The notes beneath the pieces were generated by a model. The model searched no databases. It saw only the letters and a program-made list of their open reading frames with translations, and was not told the DNA's origin. 64,000 bases of DNA from the sequence record OR532817.1. One strand, given 5' to 3'. The translations under genes were made by a program, and so were the position numbers. Shown piece after piece: positions 47,497 through 59,223 of the stretch (position 1 is the first letter of the stretch; each line of letters starts with the position of its first letter).

Positions 47497-50400
47497 TTAT
47501 CCGTGACCGTTTATATTCATCAGAACAACAGTAGCTGTGTAAGAAGTATAATTTGTAATTGTTATAGAATTACCAGTTGTTGTTTTTGTGATATGTACCA
47601 TACCATCACCAGCAGTTCCAGAGGTAAATGATAATAATGATGTATTCGTTATACCAAAAGAAACTAATGTATTATTTGATGAATCAACTAATATAACACC
47701 ACTGGAAGCTTCCCCATTTACAATCACCCTAACCAAATACATAGAACAACCCACAACCGTGTTTGGTGAAACAGTTCCATTGACTGCTATATTACTATAA
47801 ACTCCTGAATTTATTGAACCTACACCTAATCCATTGATATTATTATTAACTAATGTATTATAGGTAGTTGATTGTGTTGATAAAGTTCCAATATGATTAT
47901 TTGATATATCAATTTTATTATCTCGTATTCTTTGAGATAATGCAGCTTTAAATCCATATTGACGATAACCACCAAATGTATTTCCAGTAATTGTGGTATC
48001 AGTTGATGATAAAGTATTAATAAATGCACCAGAATCTGTTATACTACCTGGCTGCGAAGAAAAATAACAATTTCTCACAGAACAATTAGAACCAGTTATT
48101 ATTATTGCATCCTCAGTACCATCGGAGACTGTAACAGGTTTTAATGCTCTCCACACAACATTATCAACATTAACATTGGATGTTGCATAAATTAAATTTT
48201 TTCCACAATCATAAAAATCACCTCCTAAAATATCACAATATCCACCATGAAATAACTTACTTATTCCACGTGCTGATGGAGAAAGCAATTCTAATGGTCC
48301 GGCAGTTCCTGTGTGTCTAAAATACCATCCTGAACCAGAGCTTGAGATCATCACCGGAGCTATAAACTTCACACCCCAACTATCAGATCCTGAAACCGGA
48401 TAAATATCAAATTGTGGTGATGTAGTTGAATTCCACGTCATTTCTGGTGTGGTGAATGTTACACCTTGACACCCTTCCAATAAATGTGATGTATCATCCC
48501 TTTCAAATTTTGGAAAATTAAAATTAAGATGGCGGCATTTATTTAAAGTCATACCAACATAATTTGCCTCTAAATGCAATCTATTGAAATAACAAGCATT
48601 AGTTGCATCATCACTTCCAATATTATCAAATTTCATACATGGTGTGTTTTCTGAATTATTTCCACAATACATAATACTAATATTATCAAATGTTGTATCA
48701 AATAATTCATCGCCATAAATTGCACATGCTTTAATTCTACGAAATCTAACATTTCTCAAATATCCATATGATGCAAATTTAAGTTGTATTCCACCAATAC
48801 CACTCGGTATATCATTTTCATCAGCCCAATAGTCACCAATGATCAGATTTTCAATACCGAAGTACATTAATCTTTCCCACACCCTAACACCATTTAAATC
48901 AAATGGTTTTGTCCCAATTGTAGTGAATATCCAACTTGCAGATGCATGTGGTATTAATTTGGTAGCATAACCAGATTGACCTTCATAAAAAACCCCAGAA
49001 TATAATGGCAAATCTTTTATTTTATATGTCCCTCTACCAAATATCACTCTTATAAAAGAATTTTGACCTATTACATATTTGCTATCAGCCATCCCAGTTA
49101 TTAGTGTTATTCTTTCAATTATAGCTTCAGTACAACCATCCTCTGCATTATTGAATTTTCCCAATGAATCTACATAAATTTCACTAAATGCATCAGAAAC
49201 TACACCAGAATATTTTAAGCCAATTAAAGATGAACCCTTATTTTCATCATTTGATAACAAATCAGCTTTATAATTATAGTAATTGATTAAGTCATTTTGT
49301 ACAGTACCATTAACACTACCAACCATATTTGCACCAGTATTTGACTTTAGTTCAGCTTTATTAATAAAAATATTAGAAGATTCAGCCATAGTCAAATATG
49401 GATTTGTATTTAAAACTAATTTACCAAGAATTGCAATTAAATTATCCCCAGTTTGTAATGCACCATTTAAATTAACGTACTGTCCATCAAGTGTGTAGTG
49501 ATTTAAATTAATACTTTGTAAAACACCATTAATAAAAATATTAATGCTACCAAAATTATACGGAACGAAAATTCTGGTTACATTATCAGAGGTTGCAGTA
49601 TAAGTCCAAGTAATTACGTCTTTGTTTGAATCTAATTTATAAAATGGTACACTGGGTACAGTACCAAGCGTTCCTGTACCAGTCCAGACAGTACCGTCCA
49701 CTGGATATAACCAGTACTGGTTCACAGTTGATGTACTACCAACTGTCCATATTTTCAATGATCTTCGTGGTAAACCAAATGCTACTTCAATACTCGGTAA
49801 ATGTGGTTGCCATTTTAAATTTATACCTTCATTTTTTAATGAATTTTTTAATTCCTGTAGTTCTTCTTCGGTTGCATAGGAGGTCAAATCTGCCTTGGTT
49901 ACTAAATTACTGTTCTGTACTGGAGAGTTATAAACAATAACATGAATATCATCTCCTAATTGTAAAGGAGAACTTAACGTAACTTCAGTACCGTTTAATA
50001 TATAAGCACCGCTGTCTGGATTTTGTAAAACACCATTGATAAAAACTTGCAATTCACTAAAATTAAAATAAGGTATATTTAGTTTATTATTCGATTCATC
50101 GGTTATAGTACTGGTATAACTGGCATTAACACTATCAATGAATTTTGGATCATTCAATGTAACAAAAACATTATCATTTTCATCCAAAGATGAAATAAAT
50201 GATAAAGTTGTACCTGATACACTATATGCATTATCGTACTGTAAAACACCATTGATATAAACAAGACCATCATCAAATTCACCGGGTAAAGTAAAATCAG
50301 TTTGATCTTGGGTTGCGAGAGCGGTAAATGAAACCAAGTCAGTCTCATTACCAAGAACAAGAATATCATCATTTAAATACAATTTATCACCAAGAGTGAT

Positions 50401-51069
50401 AGTACTACCGGATACGGTATATGAATCTGGATATTGTAAAATACCATTAATAAAAACAAAATTAGTTTTTTTAGTAAATGGTAACGCGATATCAGTTTGA
50501 TCTTCAGTTGCAGTTGCAGTGAATTCTTCATTATCAGTGTTGATTGTGTCTTCACCAACAACAACATAAATGGTATCACCTGTACTTAATTTGGAATTAA
50601 AAGTTACAGTACCACCAAATGTTTGGTAAGATAAACCTGGATATTGTAGTACACCGTTAACATAGATAATTGCTTTTTTGAAATCTAGATTAGGAACGGT
50701 AAATTGAGTTTGTCCGGCGGTAGCAATAGAACTCCATGTTACTGTAGTTTTGGATGAATCAAAGATTGTAACCCAATCTGAATCATTAACATCATTAACA
50801 ACTCTCATCATCAATTTCACTGGTGCCGAATCGGTGTCTTTCCAATCTCCAGTATTAAAAGAAAACATACCAGCGATATTTTCTTGTTTACCAAAATTTG
50901 TTACTAAAGTATTACCTGCTAAATCTGTAGTGCTTTCATCAATTTCATTTATTGTGAATTTTCCTTTAGGCATAATTTTAGAATCTGATAACTTTTCATT
51001 ATCAAATATCACTCCACCTTTAAGGGATGCATCAACTGCTGATAGTGATCCTTTAAATTTAAATGCCAT
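47497..51069 (-). CDS. large branching tailspike: multiple N-terminal docking repeats plus a beta-helix domain
   Basis: five F/YINGVLQ-type repeats, [11 protein letters not shown] module, then GRGTYKI...GQSGYAT beta-helix; 1190 aa. Confidence 0.88.
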   Translation of the reverse strand: MAFKFKGSLSAVDASLKGGVIFDNEKLSDSKIMPKGKFTINEIDESTTDLAGNTLVTNFGKQENIAGMFSFNTGDWKDTDSAPVKLMMRVVNDVNDSDWVTIFDSSKTTVTWSSIATAGQTQFTVPNLDFKKAIIYVNGVLQYPGLSYQTFGGTVTFNSKLSTGDTIYVVVGEDTINTDNEEFTATATEDQTDIALPFTKKTNFVFINGILQYPDSYTVSGSTITLGDKLYLNDDILVLGNETDLVSFTALATQDQTDFTLPGEFDDGLVYINGVLQYDNAYSVSGTTLSFISSLDENDNVFVTLNDPKFIDSVNASYTSTITDESNNKLNIPYFNFSELQVFINGVLQNPDSGAYILNGTEVTLSSPLQLGDDIHVIVYNSPVQNSNLVTKADLTSYATEEELQELKNSLKNEGINLKWQPHLPSIEVAFGLPRRSLKIWTVGSTSTVNQYWLYPVDGTVWTGTGTLGTVPSVPFYKLDSNKDVITWTYTATSDNVTRIFVPYNFGSINIFINGVLQSINLNHYTLDGQYVNLNGALQTGDNLIAILGKLVLNTNPYLTMAESSNIFINKAELKSNTGANMVGSVNGTVQNDLINYYNYKADLLSNDENKGSSLIGLKYSGVVSDAFSEIYVDSLGKFNNAEDGCTEAIIERITLITGMADSKYVIGQNSFIRVIFGRGTYKIKDLPLYSGVFYEGQSGYATKLIPHASASWIFTTIGTKPFDLNGVRVWERLMYFGIENLIIGDYWADENDIPSGIGGIQLKFASYGYLRNVRFRRIKACAIYGDELFDTTFDNISIMYCGNNSENTPCMKFDNIGSDDATNACYFNRLHLEANYVGMTLNKCRHLNFNFPKFERDDTSHLLEGCQGVTFTTPEMTWNSTTSPQFDIYPVSGSDSWGVKFIAPVMISSSGSGWYFRHTGTAGPLELLSPSARGISKLFHGGYCDILGGDFYDCGKNLIYATSNVNVDNVVWRALKPVTVSDGTEDAIIITGSNCSVRNCYFSSQPGSITDSGAFINTLSSTDTTITGNTFGGYRQYGFKAALSQRIRDNKIDISNNHIGTLSTQSTTYNTLVNNNINGLGVGSINSGVYSNIAVNGTVSPNTVVGCSMYLVRVIVNGEASSGVILVDSSNNTLVSFGITNTSLLSFTSGTAGDGMVHITKTTTGNSITITNYTSYTATVVLMNINGHG

Positions 51070-51103
51070 TTCATAATCCTTTTAAAATTAAAAATTTATA
51101 ATG

Positions 51104-51140
51104 TATTTATAACGAAAAAGCCCCCACAAGGAGGCTTTTT
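51104..51140 (-). promoter_or_regulatory. terminator plus late promoter cassette
   Basis: AAAAAGCC...GGCTTTTT hairpin (51115-51140); TATAAATA minus strand (51104-51111). Confidence 0.75.
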
Positions 51141-51141
51141 C

Positions 51142-53817
51142 TTATACTGAAGTTCCTGAAGAATCCACCCATCCAGTATTGTCAGCATTTCTCCAAATAG
51201 GTTTGTTTATAGTAGTGTCAAAATATTGCATCCCAGTTGTTGCAGCCGTGGAAGGTCTCTCAGCGGTAGTACCAGAATAAACACGCACTACATCTCCAAC
51301 TTCTCTCCATATAGTAGCGGATGTTTTTATAAATTTATAAACTCTACCAACCACCATTGTTTTGTTTGAATTTTTTGCAAAATTATTAATTAAGAATGTT
51401 GAACTATTAACCAAAGTCACGGATGCAGTAGCATTTAAATATACATCAACTTCCTGTCCTATCATACCACCAACAAATCCTGTTATTTGTGATAACGATG
51501 TTGTTGAAATCGAAATAACACTAACACCATCTACGTTTGGTGTTGTGGTAGCATTCGATGAAATCGTTAATAAGCCATTAGTTGGTGTGTATTCAACGCC
51601 ATATGTCAATGGAGAATTTATCCATCCATTTTTATCACCATAAGAAAAACATTGATTTATCCAAGGTTTTAATCTAAGTGATAGATAATCAACATTAGAA
51701 AAATCAAATCCATAACTATGCAAACGTTGTGTACCAGTTCCATCAACTGGTGCATTGTCAGTCCATGCTAAACAATTACTTAATAATAATCTTGATGCAG
51801 AATCCAATGCACCAAAAGCTGGATATAGACCATCACCAGTTCTAGAATTATTATATGAATGACAATTAACCATTTGTACACCATTTAAAAGATAACCAGG
51901 ACCAACATTATTATCTGCACGTGAATCAGAAATTTTGTGATGAATGGAACTAGCAGATATATATATACCAGTTTCTGATATTTCACCCATTAATCCTGAA
52001 ATATAATGATTATTTCCTGATATTTTAATTCCACATATATAAGGAGACGAATTGGTAATTGAGTTAAGTCCTTTTACTTGAGCATTTCCCTCAATTCTGT
52101 GTATTTGACAATCTGATGCACCTGATATTTCAATAGTTCCGACATAATCAGTTCTGATTCTATTTTTTAAACATTCGTTGGCGATAACATCCTCTATTAA
52201 TCCAATATTACCACTAACTTCTAAACCTTGATCTTGAAAACCATAAAAACTACAAGATTTAACGCAAAATTCAGGACCACGTAATCTTACCCCACCGGCA
52301 CTATTAATAGCATCAGTAGCATCAAAATCTATTCCAATAATACCAAAACTTCTGGATGATACATCATTTTGGCTATTAGTTTCTGATTTTATAATCCAAT
52401 CATTGGAAAAATTCCTGAATCTCGTTCCATATGGTCTAGATGGGTTTCCCGGCGTGCCATAAGTCCAAGGTAAGGAACGACGAACTGAACCATTTCTACT
52501 ACCAATAAGCACCACATATTGTTTAGTAACTATATTACAATAATATTGCCCAGGTGGACACTCAATTACTGCTCCACCCAATGAATTTGCTTGATTGATG
52601 GCATTTTGTATATATACAGACAAATCACCTTTATATGTATAATTTCTAATACCATCATGCAATTCTGGTGGTATGAATTCAAATAATGATAACTTATTTT
52701 GGTATAAATCATATAGAGTAGATTTATAATTATTAGAAAACATAGAACTTTTATAATTTATATTACTCAACCCATCATCATTGGAAAATGAATTGTTAAA
52801 GGTGGAAAAATTATCAATATTCTGTTGCACAGAAGTCCCATTATTGGTATTAATATTTTCAGAAGCATCATATGATAATAAATCATTTTTCAAAACATAT
52901 TCATCACTTTGTACAACAACATCACCAAGCATTACAATAATTTCATCATCTTGATATAATTCTTCAGAAAAGGTGATAATTCTATCAGCACCAATACTAT
53001 ATGCAGTACTGGGATTCTGTAAAACACCATTAATATAAACAATAGCAGTACTGAAATCATATGGCACTTGAATTGTTGTTTGACCTTGCATTGCATTAGC
53101 GGTGTAAATTCTATTAAGTTTATCATTAGTACTGATATTGGGATTACCAATAAAAACATACAACAAATCACCAGCTTCCAATTCAGTAGTGAATGTTAAT
53201 GTGCTACCAGATACAGTGTAATTCAATCCTGGTAACTGAATTGAACCATTAACAAATACAGTTATAGTACTAAAAGTGAATGGAATATTAAAATCAGTTT
53301 GACCATCAGTTGCTGATGCAGAATATGTTTTAATACTTGCATTAAAATTCGGAGTAATTTTTTCAAAACCAGTACTGGTTTCAGGTGTACTACCAAGAAC
53401 ACCAACCCCATTCCACACTGTACCATCAGTATATAACCAATAATCATCTGATGTTGCAGTAGTACCAGATTTCCACATTTTTAATGAATTTTTGGTTAGT
53501 CCATAAGCAACTTCTACAGTAGGAAGATGTGCGTTCCAGTCCAGAGTTAAACCCTCTGTTTCCATTTTTTCTTTTAATTTGCTGTATATAACCGGAACCC
53601 AAGCAGTATCTGAAATACCACCATCAGTATTTGGATCGTTAGTACTGGTAATATGAGGTAATGTACCTTTCCATACATATCCAGTTTTAATTGAAGTTAC
53701 TGGATCTGTATAATATAAAATTTGGTTGTTTGATACTAATCGTTTGTTAATAACAAAGTCACCAGCATCAATTAGTGCACCTGAAATATTTGTTGCACTT
53801 AAATTGTTCAATGACAT
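51142..53817 (-). CDS. tailspike / putative polysaccharide lyase
   Basis: start at 53817 (GAGG RBS); TSP N-terminal module YVWKGTLP...DGGISDTAW; two NG.LQ repeats; CPPGQY beta-helix; C-terminal TTAERP...YFDTTINKPIW. Confidence 0.9.
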   Translation of the reverse strand: MSLNNLSATNISGALIDAGDFVINKRLVSNNQILYYTDPVTSIKTGYVWKGTLPHITSTNDPNTDGGISDTAWVPVIYSKLKEKMETEGLTLDWNAHLPTVEVAYGLTKNSLKMWKSGTTATSDDYWLYTDGTVWNGVGVLGSTPETSTGFEKITPNFNASIKTYSASATDGQTDFNIPFTFSTITVFVNGSIQLPGLNYTVSGSTLTFTTELEAGDLLYVFIGNPNISTNDKLNRIYTANAMQGQTTIQVPYDFSTAIVYINGVLQNPSTAYSIGADRIITFSEELYQDDEIIVMLGDVVVQSDEYVLKNDLLSYDASENINTNNGTSVQQNIDNFSTFNNSFSNDDGLSNINYKSSMFSNNYKSTLYDLYQNKLSLFEFIPPELHDGIRNYTYKGDLSVYIQNAINQANSLGGAVIECPPGQYYCNIVTKQYVVLIGSRNGSVRRSLPWTYGTPGNPSRPYGTRFRNFSNDWIIKSETNSQNDVSSRSFGIIGIDFDATDAINSAGGVRLRGPEFCVKSCSFYGFQDQGLEVSGNIGLIEDVIANECLKNRIRTDYVGTIEISGASDCQIHRIEGNAQVKGLNSITNSSPYICGIKISGNNHYISGLMGEISETGIYISASSIHHKISDSRADNNVGPGYLLNGVQMVNCHSYNNSRTGDGLYPAFGALDSASRLLLSNCLAWTDNAPVDGTGTQRLHSYGFDFSNVDYLSLRLKPWINQCFSYGDKNGWINSPLTYGVEYTPTNGLLTISSNATTTPNVDGVSVISISTTSLSQITGFVGGMIGQEVDVYLNATASVTLVNSSTFLINNFAKNSNKTMVVGRVYKFIKTSATIWREVGDVVRVYSGTTAERPSTAATTGMQYFDTTINKPIWRNADNTGWVDSSGTSV

Positions 53818-53850
53818 ATTAAACCTCATCTAAAAGTTTATGTATAGTAT

Positions 53851-53879
53851 TATTTATGATGCTCATTAGAACTAAATAC
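53851..53879. promoter_or_regulatory. back-to-back putative late promoters
   Basis: CATAAATA on the minus strand (53851-53858) and CTAAATAC on the plus strand (53872-53879) in a 94-bp divergent gap. Confidence 0.55.
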
Positions 53880-53911
53880 ATGAAAGCAAATGCAAACTAA
53901 GAGGTTTTGAC

Positions 53912-56902
53912 ATGTCTTTAAGTAATTTAAGCTCAAGCAATAGTAATGGGGCATTTCTTGATTATGGGGAATTCAGAAGTGGTGTTTATATCCAAACATC
54001 AAATCAGATTTTGTACTTCACTGATGAAAATGGAAATAAAGTAGGTTATCAGTGGAAGGGACTTTTGCCTCACACAACAACAACAAATGATCCAAATACA
54101 GATGGTGGTATTTCAGATACTGCTTGGTGTAGTATTGTTGGTAGTGGTTTTATTGAAAAATTATCAAAAGAGGGAATTGATTTAAGTTGGAAAGCACACT
54201 TACCAACAGTTGAAGTTTCTTACAATTTACCACATAAATCACTAAAAATATGGGAAGAAGGTACCATTAGTACTGATAATGATTATTGGTTATACCCTGG
54301 GGATGGTACCGTATGGAATGGGGTTGGTGTTCTTGGTAGTATCCCAGATGTACCTTTTAAGCAAATTGTACCACAAAATAATGTAATAGAGTGGAGCACA
54401 ATTGCAACAGAAGGACAAAACCAATTTACTGTACCGTATGAATTCACAAATATATCAGTTTTTATTAATGGATTATTACAGAATAAAAGTACCGGTGGTT
54501 ATGTAGTTAATGGCAGTACTGTTACATTAAATGGTTCATTAAAAGCTGGTGATGACATTCACGTAGTAATATCAAATATCCCTATTAAAAATATAAACTA
54601 TATTACTGATGTTGAATTATCACAACCAGATGCAGCACAAAAAATTGGATTATTGCATGGTGGAAATATACAAAATTTACAAAATTTTCTTTCTTTTGAC
54701 ATGTTTAATATTGATAAAACTGGTTCAACTGATGTAACTAGTCAAATAAATAGTATTTTTTCATTAGCAAATCAATTAAATATTCCAATAAAACAACATG
54801 ATGGTATATATTTAGTTTCTGGCTCCCCTATATTTACAATAAACACGGATTGTGATTTATCCGGTGTAACAATTTTACCATCTTCTAATTTTACTGGATA
54901 TTTTCTATATACACAAAATGAACAGCCAACAACATATAATTCATCTTCATCATTGGTCACTTTAATAAATTCAGCAACAATTAATGCAAATGATTCAATA
55001 TTATATGGATTAATAAATGATACCACATTGGATGGTAATGCTATTTTTATGAAAGGCAATGATCCTCTATATGTTGGTCGTGGCACAACAAAAAATTGGT
55101 GGTGCAATACGAGAATATCAAATCGAGGTAAAATGGATGATTATTTAAAATATGGGGTATCAGGTATAAATGAAGTTATTTCATTACCTATATCAAAAAA
55201 AGTAACTACAATAAAATTACCAAATTGGGATTTTATAAATCAACCTGCTAATAATGGAGTAATAAGATTTAATAATATTTCTAGATATAGAATACACGGT
55301 GGTAGTATTTTTAATAGGCCACTTAATGATATAAATAAAGATCCAGTTATAATTAGTATAAATTATGCATATGATATAATACTTCAAGATTTTTATGATG
55401 AATATCCATCTTGGCCATTAGTAGGTGGCTCTATTGCTTATGCATATACTATAAATTTCAACTATATTAATCGTGTTACATTTAAAGATATTAATTCACA
55501 AGGTTATGGTTGGGGAATTGTTGGAGGGCAACTAGCAACTAATATTACATATCTTCGTTGTAATATTAATAGAGTTGATATGCATGATCCATTTATGGGG
55601 TATTTAAAAATTTTAGACTGTGATTTGGGATATTATGGCGTATCTGCAACTGGTATGGGAGACATGTATATTGAAAGAACCACTTTTAATATTGATGATC
55701 TAGCATTTAATGGTTGGAGAGAAGTTGATGGTATAATAAACACTAGACCGGATTTTGGTGGGTGGTTTGATGGTGGTGTATATATAAAAGATATTACAAT
55801 TATTGGAGATGCATCCAAATTTAGAGAAATTAATAATCGCGGAGTTTCTTTATTTTCAGCATATTCATATAATGCAACATTAAGTTATATTCCTAATGGA
55901 TCACCGGTTGAACCGTGGGGATTTAAAGAAATTATAGTTAATGGATTACGATGCACTAAACCTATAACCGGAAAAAGATTTTCATCACTAATATTTGCTG
56001 CTTCTGTACAAAATGTAGATTATTTTCCAAGGCATGTAAAATTTAATAATTGTGATTTTAATTCTTCTGATGTTGAATGTATAGATTTGCATGGATGGAA
56101 AATAACACCAGACAATTCAAGTAAAACATCAATATCAAATACCATGAATTTTAAATCAACAAATTTTATAGAATTCACTGATTGTTCATTTGTGGGATTA
56201 GAAATTTTAAGACCATATTCTTCATATGATTATATGAATTTAGAGTTAAAACTTAATAATTGTAAATGTATTGGTTCAAACATTTCTCCTATTAGTTTTT
56301 ACACTGATCAAGTTGGAAATTACGAGTTTACAAACTGTGATATCAATTTTATTAGTGATACCACAAAGAGTACTTCAAGTTTATCAAATAGACAGTCATC
56401 ATTTGTAATAAATGGTGGTCAGATAAATTCTGTATCAGTACCATTTTCAATATTATATAATAGTGGTTATTCGACTCCAGTTTTAGTTAATAATACAATT
56501 TTTAAAGGTTCATTTTCACAATCATCAGTGACTTCTATTAATTTAAATGTGGCAGAATTCGCACAATTATCAAATTGTAGATTTTATAGTAATGTGAATA
56601 ATTCTTATATATCACCAGCATTATGGCTAGGTAGTACTTCGAACTCAGCAACATCAATAACTGTTATGCGTGGAAATAAAATTAATACAGTTATAACCAA
56701 TACCACAACTGTTAGTGGTATATCCATAAAAACTGATATAATTCCATTTGGAGTTGCATCTGGACACATAAATGGGTCTTTTTATGTTGATGCTACTGGA
56801 ACAACTGGAACATACCAATTGTATTTAAATTCATTGAATTTGAAATCACAAATTGGAAAAATTGTTTCAAATGGTACAATATCAGGAATTTATTTACAGT
56901 AA
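53912..56902 (+). CDS. tailspike / putative depolymerase
   Basis: same N-terminal modules, one FINGLLQ repeat, FDMFNIDKTGSTD then a long beta-helix; GAGG RBS. Confidence 0.9.
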   Translation: MSLSNLSSSNSNGAFLDYGEFRSGVYIQTSNQILYFTDENGNKVGYQWKGLLPHTTTTNDPNTDGGISDTAWCSIVGSGFIEKLSKEGIDLSWKAHLPTVEVSYNLPHKSLKIWEEGTISTDNDYWLYPGDGTVWNGVGVLGSIPDVPFKQIVPQNNVIEWSTIATEGQNQFTVPYEFTNISVFINGLLQNKSTGGYVVNGSTVTLNGSLKAGDDIHVVISNIPIKNINYITDVELSQPDAAQKIGLLHGGNIQNLQNFLSFDMFNIDKTGSTDVTSQINSIFSLANQLNIPIKQHDGIYLVSGSPIFTINTDCDLSGVTILPSSNFTGYFLYTQNEQPTTYNSSSSLVTLINSATINANDSILYGLINDTTLDGNAIFMKGNDPLYVGRGTTKNWWCNTRISNRGKMDDYLKYGVSGINEVISLPISKKVTTIKLPNWDFINQPANNGVIRFNNISRYRIHGGSIFNRPLNDINKDPVIISINYAYDIILQDFYDEYPSWPLVGGSIAYAYTINFNYINRVTFKDINSQGYGWGIVGGQLATNITYLRCNINRVDMHDPFMGYLKILDCDLGYYGVSATGMGDMYIERTTFNIDDLAFNGWREVDGIINTRPDFGGWFDGGVYIKDITIIGDASKFREINNRGVSLFSAYSYNATLSYIPNGSPVEPWGFKEIIVNGLRCTKPITGKRFSSLIFAASVQNVDYFPRHVKFNNCDFNSSDVECIDLHGWKITPDNSSKTSISNTMNFKSTNFIEFTDCSFVGLEILRPYSSYDYMNLELKLNNCKCIGSNISPISFYTDQVGNYEFTNCDINFISDTTKSTSSLSNRQSSFVINGGQINSVSVPFSILYNSGYSTPVLVNNTIFKGSFSQSSVTSINLNVAEFAQLSNCRFYSNVNNSYISPALWLGSTSNSATSITVMRGNKINTVITNTTTVSGISIKTDIIPFGVASGHINGSFYVDATGTTGTYQLYLNSLNLKSQIGKIVSNGTISGIYLQ

Positions 56903-56906
56903 AAAT

Positions 56907-56943
56907 AAAAGCACCTTCGGGTGCTTTTGTTTTTGCTAAATAC
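56907..56943 (+). promoter_or_regulatory. terminator plus putative late promoter
   Basis: AAAAGCACC-TTCG-GGTGCTTTT then CTAAATAC at 56936. Confidence 0.75.
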
Positions 56944-56974
56944 ATAATAAAATCTTTATAAAGAGGTTTATTAA

Positions 56975-59203
56975 ATGTCATTAATTCAACTTTCACCTAG
57001 TAATGGTGATTCATTATTAATAAATTCTGGTTCTTTTAGTACTGGTAAAATTATAAGAACACGAAATGAACTTGTATTTTATACAGATCAATACGGTAAC
57101 AGTACTGGATATCGTTGGTTGGGCAATTTACCTCATACAATTAATGGTAATTCACCACAAACCGATGGTGGTATTTCAAGTACATCATGGGAATCTTATA
57201 TTACTGCAAATTTATATGATAAATTAAAATCAGAAAATATAACTCTATCAGGTACAGCACATTTACCAACTGTTGAAGTTTCATATGGATTACCAAAAGG
57301 TTCATTGAAAGTTTGGACACCGGGTTCTACCAGTTCATCTTCTCAGTACTGGTTATATTCAGATGGAACTGTGTGGGGTGGTGTTGGTATGTTAGGAACT
57401 GAACCAGATGTACCATTCAAACAAATACATCTACAACGAGATATTATAAAATATAATTATATTGTCCAATCAAATGGTGAGGATACTGTTACTATACCAT
57501 ATGATTTTAGTTCCATTGTTATCTATATTAATGGTGTATTACAAAGTGACATAATTGATTCATATACTATTACTGGAAGAATGGTTAGATTTAGTTCAGT
57601 TCTTAATCAAGGGGATAATATACAAGTATTTCTTGATAATGTTCCAATAAGCAGCGTTGATTATGTATTAAAAAGTGATTTATCAGTATTTCCATCTTAT
57701 GATATCCTACAATCACAGACCGGTGCATCATTAATAGGACTATCACAAGGTGGTAATATCCAAAATTCAATACAATATATATGCCCTGAACAAATTGATG
57801 GTTGTTTATTATCTTATTCCGATTCAGTAGATGATACTTATTATGTTCAAGAAGCAATAAACAAAGCTGCAAGCAAGTCTGTTTTGGTGTCTAATATTTC
57901 ATATTCACCAGTTACTGTTTTTTTAAATAGGCCATATAGAATAACAAAAACATTAATTATCGATGGTTCTAAAGTTAGGGTTAGGGGATTGTCCGGCGGC
58001 TCTTTATATTTTGATACAACAGGTACATATAATAGTAATAACTGTATAACTGTAACTGGAAATTACCAACAAGCAGCTTTCCAAGGACAAATGTCAAATA
58101 TATTAGAAAATATATCATTATATTCAAAATCCCGCACCTTGAACTGTATATATTCAATTAGAGGTGATTCAGTATCATCAAATAATGGTGCATGTTTGCA
58201 TAATGTGTCTAATTGTACATTTACTGGGTTTAACAAAGTATATACTGCTGGACCAGGCGGGTGGGGTTGGAATTGGGTAGGGTGTCAGTTCAGTAATTGT
58301 GAAAATTTACTACAATTAGATGATGTAGATGACACATATGAAAGATTTACATTTACTGGTTGTATATGGCAAAATTCTGGCTATGCATTTATTATAAACA
58401 ATCCAGATGGAAAAGTATATTGGCATGGTGGTTCAATTGATTATGGGTCTGGATTGGGTATTATATCTGCTGGATTTATAGAAGCTAATTCACACTATGA
58501 ATGGACAAATAGAACTGTACCATTTCTACAACTAACATCTTCTAATGCCTCTGCTTCATTATCAGGTGCAATGTTTATAAGAAATAATCCATCAACACAA
58601 TATTATATAATAAATCAATCAATAAGTAGACAAGTGAAAATTGATAATCTAGTTATAATCTCAGATGGTGTCAATATAGGAAATGGTTTATTATCAAATA
58701 TGGAATTAAGAAAAGGAAGTATTTTTTCTCAAATCCAAGCAGCTAAAGGTATATTATATCATTCATCTGATGAAAATATAATTGAAGGTGATAAATTATA
58801 TGGTCAAATTACTGTGACAAACCCAACTTATCATTCATATAGTATTAACAATGGAATTCTTACTGTTACATGCAGTGGTTCAGGACAAAATGGATTCATA
58901 TTTATTGATATTCCGTCTAATTCATATATTTCATATGCTTACAAACTTATTGCATCTAATACATCCACTGGTAGTGTATATTTAGAAAAATTTATATTAA
59001 ATGGAAATAAAGAAACAATCAGAGTTGATACATCATATGGAACTACACAATGGATTTCAGGGTCTAACTTAGTTTCTGGTGGTACAGTTACAACAATTGA
59101 TTTACCAAAAAGTTCGTCATATATAAGATTAGCTTTTAATTTATCTTCGATGAATAGTGGGGGGACTTTTGTAATATCATCATTAAAAACTTTTACATAT
59201 TAA
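56975..59203 (+). CDS. tailspike / putative depolymerase
   Basis: same N-terminal modules, one YINGVLQ repeat, YICPEQ...DDTYYVQEAI beta-helix, C-terminal carbohydrate-binding-like domain. Confidence 0.88.
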   Translation: MSLIQLSPSNGDSLLINSGSFSTGKIIRTRNELVFYTDQYGNSTGYRWLGNLPHTINGNSPQTDGGISSTSWESYITANLYDKLKSENITLSGTAHLPTVEVSYGLPKGSLKVWTPGSTSSSSQYWLYSDGTVWGGVGMLGTEPDVPFKQIHLQRDIIKYNYIVQSNGEDTVTIPYDFSSIVIYINGVLQSDIIDSYTITGRMVRFSSVLNQGDNIQVFLDNVPISSVDYVLKSDLSVFPSYDILQSQTGASLIGLSQGGNIQNSIQYICPEQIDGCLLSYSDSVDDTYYVQEAINKAASKSVLVSNISYSPVTVFLNRPYRITKTLIIDGSKVRVRGLSGGSLYFDTTGTYNSNNCITVTGNYQQAAFQGQMSNILENISLYSKSRTLNCIYSIRGDSVSSNNGACLHNVSNCTFTGFNKVYTAGPGGWGWNWVGCQFSNCENLLQLDDVDDTYERFTFTGCIWQNSGYAFIINNPDGKVYWHGGSIDYGSGLGIISAGFIEANSHYEWTNRTVPFLQLTSSNASASLSGAMFIRNNPSTQYYIINQSISRQVKIDNLVIISDGVNIGNGLLSNMELRKGSIFSQIQAAKGILYHSSDENIIEGDKLYGQITVTNPTYHSYSINNGILTVTCSGSGQNGFIFIDIPSNSYISYAYKLIASNTSTGSVYLEKFILNGNKETIRVDTSYGTTQWISGSNLVSGGTVTTIDLPKSSSYIRLAFNLSSMNSGGTFVISSLKTFTY

Positions 59204-59223
59204 TTTAAAGGATATATTTTACT

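Noticed and set aside
38431-59203. Assigning specific capsule (K) types to individual spikes
   Set aside because: Some lengths and layouts recall K64-1 proteins, but specificity cannot be established without alignment or assay.
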